Positions 38,508 to 47,309 of a stretch of DNA of 64,000 nucleotides are shown piece after piece (the stretch's first letter is position 1; the number at the start of each line of letters is the position of its first letter). The position numbers were made by a program, and so were the translations under genes. Origin of the DNA: a virus. Lineage: Duplodnaviria; Heunggongvirae; Uroviricota; Caudoviricetes. The DNA lies in IMG/VR virus record IMGVR_UViG_3300042009_000026, positions 128,001 through 192,000 of that record. One strand, written 5' to 3'. The notes below the pieces were generated by a model. The model was given only the letters and a program-made list of their open reading frames with translations. It ran no database searches and was not told the DNA's origin.

Positions 38508-40133
38508 ATGCCTCATGCACTAATGGTTCTACCCGATACGTACGATTCTGTTATTCGTCGTGTTGCAGTAGATCTGACAGAACAACTGTCAAACATCATT
38601 GATATTCCCAAGTCTACACATGTGTATCTTCCAGGTTACTCTGAGAAGGTTCCATTGGACCAAGGTAACTTCGGTGCTTGTTGCTCTACGGAAATTGTTT
38701 ATGACCCTGAGGCACGTGTTACTATTCGTTACCAAGACATTGCTGATGATAATTTCGCTTTGCCTACAGCCGTAAACACTTATAAGAACTTGCCTGTATG
38801 GGAAGACCCTATCCGAGATATCCAAGTATCACCTGTTCGACGTATGATCGATTTCCGTGTTGACATCGAGTACCAGTCTGAGGGAATTGTTACAGCTAAG
38901 CGTTGGTTGGATGAACAACGTGCCCGTGTTTCACGAGGTGGAGCTGAACTCACACTGAAGCTTGAATATTACTACATGCTACCGCGTCCTTTGCAAGCAT
39001 TGTTACGTGGCATGTACGATACGATTCAATGCAGTGATTGGCCTATCGAAGAAACGTTCATGGAATACCTGGACAAATACTTCTGGCAATCTCATACCCA
39101 CGTAACTACTTTGATCATGACCCACGAGCAGCCTGCTATTCGTGAGAAACAATTAGATGTGGTGGGCTGGTTTGACTTTACAGGTACACCAGACACACCG
39201 TCGGCTAACTCAGACAAAGCAGGTGCTTACACCGTATCGGTTACATTCACTGTACGGTTTGAACAACCTACTCACGTCTATGTTCGATACCCGTTGATCT
39301 GCCACCAGAATCCAATTCCTAATTGTTTCTGGCCTAAGGTACAACCTAAACGTTATCAACAAGTAGATCGTAAGCAGTCTTATCTGCGTGGTCCATTAGA
39401 TAAGCAATTCGTTGCTCCACGTCCTCGACATGTGCCGTACATCCAATATCCAGAAGCCAATGATTGGACAACCAATAGTAAGCCTTACGATGCGTTCACA
39501 TTTTATACGGGATTAGTATCGATCGAGAAAGATGACCGACGCAGTCTGTTGGATCTGACTAATATCGGTAATTGGTTCTTCACTCCTCATTTCTTAGAAT
39601 ACTTCACTGACCTCGGTACGGAAAGTATTCTGCGCCCTGGTGGATTGTTCAACTTCCGTTTGTACAAGAACAATGAATGGATGGATCTGCAGCTAGAACT
39701 CGAGCCAGGTACTACTATGATTCGTGCTCCTTTCGATCTAGACCCTACTAAGTACTATCACATCGAGATCTCGATAGATCGTAATTGGTGGGCTGTTCAT
39801 GATAAGGTATGGGCTTGTCTACGTCGTTACCCAACTGTGTTCTGGACTATGTGTAATCTATTCAATGTAAGTGTTGGCCGTAAGCCTATGTCTGAGATGA
39901 AACTGTTGGGAGTTAAACTTCCTGAACGTTTACCGAAAGAAGGCTGTCCAGGTGAAGGCTTATCTAAGTGGACTGAAGACGTACCGGTGTTCAAGACAGG
40001 TGAAGTTAAGATCGAAGATGTGACACGTGCCCGTCAAGAAATGGAAACACGTATCGGTCCTTGGTTCAAAAGTAACCGTAACCAGATCATGACTGTGTTG
40101 TGTGGTGACATCGTTTCAACGAGGAAAGAATAA
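38508..40133 (+). CDS. Virion structural protein (phiKZ gp98 position, neck/tail candidate)
   Basis: GAGGGG SD before ATG 38508; synteny. Confidence 0.72.
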   Translation: MPHALMVLPDTYDSVIRRVAVDLTEQLSNIIDIPKSTHVYLPGYSEKVPLDQGNFGACCSTEIVYDPEARVTIRYQDIADDNFALPTAVNTYKNLPVWEDPIRDIQVSPVRRMIDFRVDIEYQSEGIVTAKRWLDEQRARVSRGGAELTLKLEYYYMLPRPLQALLRGMYDTIQCSDWPIEETFMEYLDKYFWQSHTHVTTLIMTHEQPAIREKQLDVVGWFDFTGTPDTPSANSDKAGAYTVSVTFTVRFEQPTHVYVRYPLICHQNPIPNCFWPKVQPKRYQQVDRKQSYLRGPLDKQFVAPRPRHVPYIQYPEANDWTTNSKPYDAFTFYTGLVSIEKDDRRSLLDLTNIGNWFFTPHFLEYFTDLGTESILRPGGLFNFRLYKNNEWMDLQLELEPGTTMIRAPFDLDPTKYYHIEISIDRNWWAVHDKVWACLRRYPTVFWTMCNLFNVSVGRKPMSEMKLLGVKLPERLPKEGCPGEGLSKWTEDVPVFKTGEVKIEDVTRARQEMETRIGPWFKSNRNQIMTVLCGDIVSTRKE

Positions 40134-41560
40134 TGCCTATCGTAGAACAAATTAAAGACGCGGGTGATCCGTGTTACGATCCGGGACAAGGTCCAGTTCC
40201 GGAAAGCGCAGTACGTATTGAATCTGAAGTCTTTCGTGGTATTACGATTGACAAGGAATACGCACCGCCTTCAAATCTAATGCAATGGACAAGTGGTTCG
40301 AATTGGATTGTAGACTACTGGTCACAGATCCTTAAGCCTAACCAAGAACCTACTCCACAAAATGTTAACCGTGAACCACACGCACAGCAGTACCGCTGGC
40401 TTAAGCGAATCCCGCTGAAAGTTAATGGTGGATTGTCCGATGATACTGACGATCAGATCAACGTATGGACACGGACTGGTTCAGGTCACACTTATGGTTT
40501 CATGACTCCTAACCAGGGGGACATGTTTGCTGCAGGTATTGGTAACGGTAAGACCGGTCTATTTACGATCACATCGGCTAAACGTGTAACCATTCAGAAA
40601 GGCTCTACTTACGCTATCGAATGGAAACAAGTCAGTGAGCTCACAGAAGAGCGTTATAATGACTTGAAGCGTAAATCTAATGAAGAGTACTGGTTCTCTG
40701 CTGCTTCCGCTAATTCGGGCTGTGGGCCATTCATCACGAATGAAGAACAAGCTCGTTCAACGATGTATGCTAAGTTACTGAAGACACTCGTAGATCGTTA
40801 CATCACTGACTTCTTCTCCAAAGAACATTCTACGTTCCTCGTACCGGATCAACTCTACAAGACTTATGACCACTGGGTAACCAAGGCATTCATCTCGATG
40901 GTTGATACTACGATGGATGGTCGGATGCGTAAAGTCAAAGTGTTAAACGTAATGTCTGAACCGGTAATGTCTCAGCCTACTGTGTGGGATGCTATTGTCC
41001 GGCATGATATGGATAAGATTACTGATTCCACCGAGCAATGCCATTTGGTTAGCACTAAGATCTCTCGGTGGCGCCCAGAACTGCAGGCAATTGGTTACTC
41101 CGGTATCCCACGGTTTGTGTTTCCTATGGAAGCTCCGACTGATGTAGATTCGCAGTATGATGGTGAGGACCGTGCACGTCCATGGGGTATTCCATTCCAT
41201 GAAGGACAACCGCGTCGTCCTATTCCTGGTCCACACAAAACACAATTAGATCGAGACCTGGAATGGTTTCGTCGAGTTAAACCAGAAGACGAACGTAACT
41301 ACGCTAGTCAGATGTATCGTGTACCCGCTGACATCCACCCAGTGGTTCGTGACAACTATTACGTTTTCACAGAGTCGTTCTATCGTTGTGATACACACCT
41401 CCAGTCTAAATTGGAGATGGTTACTACTACGATGATCAAAGGTGAAGAAATCGACAAAAATCAATTTGACGCATTGTTAGAGAACATCCGGTATTGGGAT
41501 AACCTCGAACGGTTCTACTACTATCCGGTGGTGATCGCATTGCTCAAATATGCAATGTAG
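40133..41560 (+). CDS. Virion structural protein (phiKZ gp99 position)
   Basis: 475 aa, PNQGDMF motif typical of head-completion-like folds; TAATG coupling. Confidence 0.72.
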   Translation: MPIVEQIKDAGDPCYDPGQGPVPESAVRIESEVFRGITIDKEYAPPSNLMQWTSGSNWIVDYWSQILKPNQEPTPQNVNREPHAQQYRWLKRIPLKVNGGLSDDTDDQINVWTRTGSGHTYGFMTPNQGDMFAAGIGNGKTGLFTITSAKRVTIQKGSTYAIEWKQVSELTEERYNDLKRKSNEEYWFSAASANSGCGPFITNEEQARSTMYAKLLKTLVDRYITDFFSKEHSTFLVPDQLYKTYDHWVTKAFISMVDTTMDGRMRKVKVLNVMSEPVMSQPTVWDAIVRHDMDKITDSTEQCHLVSTKISRWRPELQAIGYSGIPRFVFPMEAPTDVDSQYDGEDRARPWGIPFHEGQPRRPIPGPHKTQLDRDLEWFRRVKPEDERNYASQMYRVPADIHPVVRDNYYVFTESFYRCDTHLQSKLEMVTTTMIKGEEIDKNQFDALLENIRYWDNLERFYYYPVVIALLKYAM

Positions 41561-41567
41561 GTAAATC

Positions 41568-42143
41568 ATGGAAAAGCAACTGATTACTCGTAACACCGCA
41601 TCATGGCGGATTTGGAACTTACGGTTCCATGTACAAATCCCAACACTGGCCCAGTACTCAGCTGAGTATCTGCGTAAGAACTTCATCAACGTATCTGGAG
41701 ATAAGAAACTCGATAAGCTCCGGATGAACCAACTAGTTGACGTTAAACAAACGTGTGCTGGTTTGGCGATGATTATTTCTGAGGGCTATTCATTCTCTAT
41801 CCTGAATCGTTGGGACTGTGTGCAGATGTATAGCGACATCCAAGAGCACTTCCGGAATTGGTTGGATATGACGTATGGTGGTTATCCTCCTGACGCATTC
41901 CCTCCTATCTCTGATATGCGTCTCTTAGAAACGGTTGCTTTAGAGATGCACTCCGAAGCCCAGCGCTTGTCTCCAGCAGACCGTGAGCAGGCTTCTAGGA
42001 TCTTCGAAGGTATCAACCGCATGAACCGTCGTCGTAACTTAGTAGCAGCTGACAAACAGGCTCGTGATCGTGTGATGCAGGGTGGTCAGTTGAAAGCATA
42101 TAACTCCATGGTTGATCAAATTGAAAAGTATATCTTGGGGTGA
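41568..42143 (+). CDS. Conserved phiKZ-like protein (gp100 position)
   Basis: 191-aa ORF in operon. Confidence 0.75.
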   Translation: MEKQLITRNTASWRIWNLRFHVQIPTLAQYSAEYLRKNFINVSGDKKLDKLRMNQLVDVKQTCAGLAMIISEGYSFSILNRWDCVQMYSDIQEHFRNWLDMTYGGYPPDAFPPISDMRLLETVALEMHSEAQRLSPADREQASRIFEGINRMNRRRNLVAADKQARDRVMQGGQLKAYNSMVDQIEKYILG

Positions 42144-42147
42144 TTAA

Positions 42148-43545
42148 ATGGCTGTTGATAATACGCTACTCATGCGAGAAGTTGAGGACATCCGGGATAA
42201 TGGCTTAGGTAATTCTGGATGGCGAATTGATTGCCAGATCATCATTAAAGAAACACAATGGATCAAACCACACAAAGTCGAATATGAAGCCTTGACTCGG
42301 GACTATGCTTCTAAGGAACAGTTCTCTGATCGGCGTATGATTCAGTTCATGATGCAACAGGGAGATTTCCAGTATGATGTTATTCCTAACCGGGATAACT
42401 TAATGGTGGAAGTTGTTTACGTTCCTTTGCAATTTAACTCATCCGCTCCTGATACCACACGTAAGTCTGAAGTGAAACGTTATCGCGCTGTATTGATGAC
42501 GCAATTCAACAACGCACTTACTAATAAGAATGCCCAGACTAGTTCACGAGAAGCATTGAACCAACTGGGCATGATGTCAGTAGCAATGCAGTTGATCGAT
42601 GAAGCAGCTTTCCGTATCAACATGATGTCCTATGGTAATGGTCTGCGTCAGTGTACCACCATGATGGCTGTCCAAGAAGTCTTGGCTTCTACGATGGGCG
42701 ATGTAGGTACGCAAGATATCAAACGGGTTAACGGGATTAACTTTCAGGAAGGTTTCAATACAGAGATCCGGACAGTAATGGATTTCCCTGATGGGATCAT
42801 GCTGAAAGATGTTCCCCACTATATCCATGAAGAAGAAGGCGGTGTGTACCCAACTGGATTTGGTAGATACCTACAAGACCAGCACTGGTACATCTATCCA
42901 CTGTACGATTCCACTCGGTATAAGAAGAACACTAAGGTTCTGAAACTTATCAACGTTCCTAACGATCGTTATCAAGGTGCTGAGCGAACGTACAAGATCG
43001 ATGAACAACACGTAACAGTGCTCGCTACTGGTGACGCTAGTTCATTGGACAGTGGTTTAGCCGATAACTTGAAGCAAGGTAATGGTCTCCGCTTTGGTGA
43101 CGTCACTAAGCTACTTGGGGACTTCGGTACGGCGAAAGATAACCGAACCCTCATCGATCGTGCTTCTAATGTCTTTGAGGTCTCTACGGGCCTCCTAGAG
43201 TCTGGTATGAATAACGTAAGATGGGCGTATGATCGGGCTACCTCTAACCCGTTCAAGCATTATTCAGAGATGGCTCGACGGCGTGGGATGTTCTTGAAGC
43301 TGCAGTGGTATCATGGCGATTCTGATTTGTTGTTCCCTGGAATGCCGGTTAAGTTTATGACTATTAACGATAACAATGTAGAAACATACAACGGTGTGTT
43401 ATTAGGTGTAGACGAACAGCGAGGACAAGGCGACTCTAACGTGGAAGTAACATCCCATGTTGGTATTGTTACTCTCGGTGTATTCATTAACCGTAAAGAG
43501 GGTGACCCGGTGATTATTGATCCGAACGCTCCTCGCACGAACTAA
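42148..43545 (+). CDS. Virion structural protein, probable baseplate hub (phiKZ gp101 position)
   Basis: 465 aa; C-terminal LLFPGMPVKF hub-like motif; synteny. Confidence 0.68.
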   Translation: MAVDNTLLMREVEDIRDNGLGNSGWRIDCQIIIKETQWIKPHKVEYEALTRDYASKEQFSDRRMIQFMMQQGDFQYDVIPNRDNLMVEVVYVPLQFNSSAPDTTRKSEVKRYRAVLMTQFNNALTNKNAQTSSREALNQLGMMSVAMQLIDEAAFRINMMSYGNGLRQCTTMMAVQEVLASTMGDVGTQDIKRVNGINFQEGFNTEIRTVMDFPDGIMLKDVPHYIHEEEGGVYPTGFGRYLQDQHWYIYPLYDSTRYKKNTKVLKLINVPNDRYQGAERTYKIDEQHVTVLATGDASSLDSGLADNLKQGNGLRFGDVTKLLGDFGTAKDNRTLIDRASNVFEVSTGLLESGMNNVRWAYDRATSNPFKHYSEMARRRGMFLKLQWYHGDSDLLFPGMPVKFMTINDNNVETYNGVLLGVDEQRGQGDSNVEVTSHVGIVTLGVFINRKEGDPVIIDPNAPRTN

Positions 43546-43580
43546 CGACATAAGCTCCTCCCCAACGGGAGGAGCTATGC
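43546..43580 (+). terminator. Family hairpin
   Basis: CGACATAA-GCTCCTCCC-CAAC-GGGAGGAGC-TATGC. Confidence 0.75.
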
Positions 43581-43590
43581 AGGTAATCAC

Positions 43591-43962
43591 ATGCCGGGTA
43601 TCAATCACTTCGTAAGAATAGAACAAGTCTGGTCATACAACATGGTGGGTAGCATCAAAGAAATCATGAGTATAGACATGCATGTCATCAATGATCTCTT
43701 CACTAAGACCGCATCGTATCTGATGGCCAAGCATAATTTCTTCTTATATCAAGACAACCAACAATACAATGGCTTCCTCAATGAGCTACATGAACATATT
43801 GAGGGCTACTACAAAGTCACCCCGGATCATCTAATCTACTATTTCGATAACTTATTCCGGATCATCTCTCCTGCATTAGCACAGATCACTGAACGTATTG
43901 TTACCTGTACTACGATCACTACAGAGCTAGGGGAAATTGAAGGGTTCGTATTTGGGACGTAA
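43591..43962 (+). CDS. Hypothetical protein
   Basis: 123-aa ORF; start uncertain. Confidence 0.65.
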   Translation: MPGINHFVRIEQVWSYNMVGSIKEIMSIDMHVINDLFTKTASYLMAKHNFFLYQDNQQYNGFLNELHEHIEGYYKVTPDHLIYYFDNLFRIISPALAQITERIVTCTTITTELGEIEGFVFGT

Positions 43963-43968
43963 ATGGTG

Positions 43969-44007
43969 GATTTAAACCTTTTAAAAGCCTATATTACTAA
44001 CATGAAT
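43969..44007 (+). promoter_or_regulatory. Early virion-RNAP promoter
   Basis: GATTTAAA-N12-C-TATATTAC-TAACA-TGAAT. Confidence 0.85.
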
Positions 44008-44031
44008 CTAGTCAATTAAAAGGATTAATTT

Positions 44032-44352
44032 ATGGACTTAGTATCGAAGGTAATGTTAGGCTTAGTTAGTAGTGTTGTAGCAGTTAGCGCTGCCATGGCA
44101 ATACACGTTCACATCCGCTCCAAGGAAGCTATGAAGGTGCTGGATGACATGGAGGCTGAACTTAAAGTAGTTCACCATCAATTTAACGAAGCTGACATTT
44201 CCAAACAACAAGCAGAACGCGCTATCGATGCGATCATTGATCGTTATCAAGTTCGTTATCTGATCTATATGCTGGCCGATAAAACTGAAGTAATTACGTT
44301 CTTCGAAGACCATCGTAAAGGCAACAAGAAACTGTTGGGGTATCCAGCATGA
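44032..44352 (+). CDS. Small N-terminally membrane-anchored protein
   Basis: AAGGA SD; hydrophobic residues 4-27 then helical soluble part. Confidence 0.8.
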   Translation: MDLVSKVMLGLVSSVVAVSAAMAIHVHIRSKEAMKVLDDMEAELKVVHHQFNEADISKQQAERAIDAIIDRYQVRYLIYMLADKTEVITFFEDHRKGNKKLLGYPA

Positions 44353-44516
44353 GTAATGTAATTGATGATTCCGTCAATGAGCGGTACCGCAGAATGGCTG
44401 AAGGCAAAGAACCTAAGGCCGTATCTCAAGATGTACTCTGGATCACTCCCCGCAGACTAGGCATGCTCTTCGGAGTTTGCTTGGTTATGACCGTTATGTT
44501 TAACGGGATTCACTAA
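44349..44516 (+). CDS. 55-aa C-terminally anchored membrane microprotein (not in ORF track)
   Basis: ATGA overlap; MSNVIDDSVNERYRRMAEGKEPKAVSQDVLWITPRRLGMLFGVCLVMTVMFNGIH. Confidence 0.65.
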   Translation: MSNVIDDSVNERYRRMAEGKEPKAVSQDVLWITPRRLGMLFGVCLVMTVMFNGIH

Positions 44517-44549
44517 CCGTTGTAAACTTTCCGTGTATGGAGCTTTGCC

Positions 44550-44873
44550 ATGTCAATGAATAAGTTTAGTATTGGTTTGATCATCGGTGTAGTTGTCGCC
44601 ATTGGCGCCACTGCTTTCAAAGTGAATTCCGTCTGCAAGAAGCATGACGAGGCTTTGGAACTGTTCGACAAAGAATTCACTGCCTTGTTAGGTCTGGTGA
44701 AATCTGGGTTGTTGACTGTTGAAGAAGGGCTGAAAGAATACGAGGTTGTACACGCTCGTGCAGCAGAACGTTGCCTGGCGCATACACTCGATCGCAAAGC
44801 CACAGAAATCTGGCTGGCTGATATGCACAAGGTCAATATTGGCTTGATCAAGATGACCCTTGCGGATAGCTAA
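44550..44873 (+). CDS. Small N-terminally membrane-anchored protein
   Basis: GGAG SD; FSIGLIIGVVVAIGATAF. Confidence 0.8.
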   Translation: MSMNKFSIGLIIGVVVAIGATAFKVNSVCKKHDEALELFDKEFTALLGLVKSGLLTVEEGLKEYEVVHARAAERCLAHTLDRKATEIWLADMHKVNIGLIKMTLADS

Positions 44874-44874
44874 G

Positions 44875-44903
44875 ATAACGGGTGGCTTCGGTCGCCCGTT
44901 ATG
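44875..44903 (+). terminator. Family hairpin
   Basis: ATAACGGGTGGC-TTCG-GTCGCCCGTTAT-G. Confidence 0.75.
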
Positions 44904-44915
44904 CTGCCAGATGTT

Positions 44916-44960
44916 GATTTAAAAGATTTAAAAGGCTATATTACAACTGTGAATGTACCC
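44916..44960 (+). promoter_or_regulatory. Early virion-RNAP promoter, direct-repeat copy 1
   Basis: GATTTAAA-N12-CTATATTACAACTGTGAATGTACCC. Confidence 0.85.
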
Positions 44961-44983
44961 CAGTAATCTCAGGAGTTCACATC

Positions 44984-45160
44984 ATGCTTAAGCTAGTCCA
45001 TATTGGTCTCTTGGCTGCTTTCACCGCATCTAACAGTGCTGTGATTGTTGAAGAAGTTAAAAAGCCTGGTCCTCTCCGCAGTAATGCGAAGTTGGCTGTA
45101 GGTGTTTCCTGTGTTGCTTTGGGCGTCAGCTCAATCCTGCTTTCGTTCCGACATACTTAA
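44984..45160 (+). CDS. 58-aa two-helix membrane microprotein (not in ORF track)
   Basis: AGGAG SD; MLKLVHIGLLAAFTASNSAVIVEEVKKPGPLRSNAKLAVGVSCVALGVSSILLSFRHT. Confidence 0.75.
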   Translation: MLKLVHIGLLAAFTASNSAVIVEEVKKPGPLRSNAKLAVGVSCVALGVSSILLSFRHT

Positions 45161-45181
45161 TTTAATCTAAGGAGTTACATC

Positions 45182-45361
45182 ATGATCGGCAATATCTTCC
45201 GCGTTACCCTGCTCGGCGCTGTTGGCTATGCTCACGGTCGTTCCGTAGTACAAGAATTTAAGAAACCTGCTGCAGAGCGTAACAACCTTGGCGTTGTTGT
45301 AAGTACCGCGGTTGCCGGTCTGTGTGCTTGTGCCATCGGTGCGATCATCTCCCCTAAATAA
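45182..45361 (+). CDS. 59-aa two-helix membrane microprotein, paralog of 44984 (not in ORF track)
   Basis: AAGGAG SD; MIGNIFRVTLLGAVGYAHGRSVVQEFKKPAAERNNLGVVVSTAVAGLCACAIGAIISPK. Confidence 0.78.
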   Translation: MIGNIFRVTLLGAVGYAHGRSVVQEFKKPAAERNNLGVVVSTAVAGLCACAIGAIISPK

Positions 45362-45486
45362 CCATCTGCCTGGTATATGGCATGAGCTTATAGTCTGCGG
45401 ATTATGAGCTCACCACAAACTTAAACTAAGTCGATTTTCTTTTTAGGTGTTAACTGGCACCTGCGCTATTTATAAGGAGCACAACA

Positions 45487-45657
45487 ATGAAAGTTAAAGG
45501 CATCTTCTCCAACGATCCGGCCAAAGCAATGTCGCAGAAAGAGATCGATCTGCAGACATCCCGGTTGAAATTTGTAAGTGCTGTCGGCGGTCTTATCGCC
45601 ATGACTTTGGGCATTGCGCTGGCTACTATAAAACTCTCCAATGAATTGAAAAAGTAA
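45487..45657 (+). CDS. 56-aa single-helix membrane microprotein (not in ORF track)
   Basis: AAGGAG SD; MKVKGIFSNDPAKAMSQKEIDLQTSRLKFVSAVGGLIAMTLGIALATIKLSNELKK. Confidence 0.75.
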   Translation: MKVKGIFSNDPAKAMSQKEIDLQTSRLKFVSAVGGLIAMTLGIALATIKLSNELKK

Positions 45658-45723
45658 TCAGCACAATCTAATGAGAGGGATCGCGTTGGTCCCTCCATTA
45701 ACCAATTCATGGGGGCCGGTTCA

Positions 45724-46200
45724 ATGGCTGAATTCATTATCGGTAAAGATATCTTCAAGGAACCTGGAGATCTTTACATTGTCACAGTAAACACGATCGG
45801 TGTTATGGGTGCGGGTGTTGCTAAAGCATTCGCCGAACGCCATCACGATCTGTTTCTCAAATACAAACATGACTGTAAGATGAAGATCATCACAATCGGT
45901 CATCCAGCTCTATATGAAGGTACTGACGGTAAACGCTATCTAATGTTCCCTACTAAAGAGAACTGGCGAAATCCTTCAACCTACGATTACGTTGGATTAG
46001 GTCTGCAATGGCTCGTCGATAACATCGGTGAAGACGAAGATCAGATCAATCCTAAATGGACCATCATTGTACCACCCCTCGGTTGTGGTAATGGTGGCCT
46101 AGACTTCGATATCGTCTCTGAGATGATAGAAGAAGCTTCTGGTAAGATTCCAAACAAGATGATTGTTGTATATCCACCTTGGATGAGCGGTAAACAGTGA
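45724..46200 (+). CDS. DarG/TARG1-like macrodomain ADP-ribosylglycohydrolase
   Basis: TVNTIGVMGAGVA, MFPTKENWRNPS, PPLGCGNGGLDF are hallmark DarG macrodomain motifs. Confidence 0.88.
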   Translation: MAEFIIGKDIFKEPGDLYIVTVNTIGVMGAGVAKAFAERHHDLFLKYKHDCKMKIITIGHPALYEGTDGKRYLMFPTKENWRNPSTYDYVGLGLQWLVDNIGEDEDQINPKWTIIVPPLGCGNGGLDFDIVSEMIEEASGKIPNKMIVVYPPWMSGKQ

Positions 46201-46205
46201 TACGC

Positions 46206-46240
46206 CATAAGCGCTACCCCGAAGGGTAGCCTTTATGCCG
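46206..46240 (+). terminator. Family hairpin
   Basis: CATAAGC-GCTACCC-CGAA-GGGTAGC-CTTTATGCCG. Confidence 0.8.
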
Positions 46241-46243
46241 TGA

Positions 46244-46288
46244 CATTGAAACAGAATAAACACCTATATTACAACTGTGAATGTACCC
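46244..46288 (+). promoter_or_regulatory. Early virion-RNAP promoter, direct-repeat copy 2
   Basis: CATTGAAA-N12-CTATATTACAACTGTGAATGTACCC; 25 nt identical to 44936-44960. Confidence 0.85.
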
Positions 46289-46308
46289 ACCAAATTAAGG
46301 ATAATACG

Positions 46309-46587
46309 ATGAATAGGTTCTTAAGTTTTGTTGGTCTTGTTGCCGCTGCTAATGCGTGCTACTACAACCAATCACGTTTGGATCGTAATGATGCCATGCG
46401 TAAGATTCCTGCAGAAATCGAAGATGCTCTTAAGCACTTCGTTTTTAAACCGACTTTCGATGAATTGAAGAGTCAGTTAACTTTCTTCGAAGCTTGGGGT
46501 AGCTACAATATCTATTACGCCAAGCATCGCGATGAGTTCGTTGCAGAACTCAATAAACAAATCAAAATGGCATCCACCGGTAATTAA
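46309..46587 (+). CDS. Small protein with hydrophobic N-terminus
   Basis: AAGGA SD before ATG 46309; MNRFLSFVGLVAAANACYY. Confidence 0.75.
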   Translation: MNRFLSFVGLVAAANACYYNQSRLDRNDAMRKIPAEIEDALKHFVFKPTFDELKSQLTFFEAWGSYNIYYAKHRDEFVAELNKQIKMASTGN

Positions 46588-46596
46588 GGAAGTTTC

Positions 46597-46776
46597 ATGA
46601 AAAATGTAATTGGCGCAGTTGTAGCGGTTGCAGCAGTTGGTGGCTTGGGTTATATTGCCTACCGTCGCTACATGACCAAAATACTTGATGCTGGTACAGT
46701 TCAAGTTATCAAAGGAATGAAAGAGGTTAATGCCAGAAAAGAACAAGTGATTCACTTGGGCCACGCTAAGGAGTAA
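46597..46776 (+). CDS. 59-aa N-anchored membrane microprotein (not in ORF track)
   Basis: AAGGA SD; MKNVIGAVVAVAAVGGLGYIAYRRYMTKILDAGTVQVIKGMKEVNARKEQVIHLGHAKE. Confidence 0.78.
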   Translation: MKNVIGAVVAVAAVGGLGYIAYRRYMTKILDAGTVQVIKGMKEVNARKEQVIHLGHAKE

Positions 46777-46780
46777 CAAC

Positions 46781-47218
46781 ATGCAGAAAGAGTCATTGGC
46801 TTTCCAAATTGCTTTCTACACTGGTCTGACCAAACGCATTCAAGCGGCTGGTTTTGCTCTGGGTATGGGGACACCTTTGGTAACCAAAACGTACAAAGGC
46901 TATCTGATTAAACAGATCCAATGTACGATGGAAATGCATGAAGCGTCTTACGACGTGACTTACACCGACAAAGATGGCAAGGAAGGCCATTGTGTCGAAG
47001 TGCTTCAATTTGAAAATGACTCGGTGAAGGAATTCATCGCTCAGCGTTTCAATGTAATGGTCTTCACTCGGGAGGTTACTGGTGTAGCCGTGATCGGTTA
47101 TGACGGTATCTCTGTCGATGGTGAATCTGTAAGTCTGGGTGCTACTTCAGGTGAATACCTGATGAATCCTGGAGCACGCTTGTTCTTCGATTCACGTGTA
47201 GTCGGGAATAAGGTATAA
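46781..47218 (+). CDS. Hypothetical soluble protein
   Basis: AAGGAG SD; 145 aa. Confidence 0.8.
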   Translation: MQKESLAFQIAFYTGLTKRIQAAGFALGMGTPLVTKTYKGYLIKQIQCTMEMHEASYDVTYTDKDGKEGHCVEVLQFENDSVKEFIAQRFNVMVFTREVTGVAVIGYDGISVDGESVSLGATSGEYLMNPGARLFFDSRVVGNKV

Positions 47219-47222
47219 CTTG

Positions 47223-47286
47223 TGGGGACTTCGGTCCCCATAATTTATTCATAAGCCAGTGCATCGCTGCTTTATGAATAAATTAT
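47223..47286. repeat. UUCG hairpin followed by a 15-bp perfect AT-rich inverted repeat
   Basis: TGGGGAC-TTCG-GTCCCCA; ATAATTTATTCATAA (47240-47254) / TTATGAATAAATTAT (47272-47286). Confidence 0.8.
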
Positions 47287-47309
47287 CAACTACATTAAGA
47301 GTAAACATC

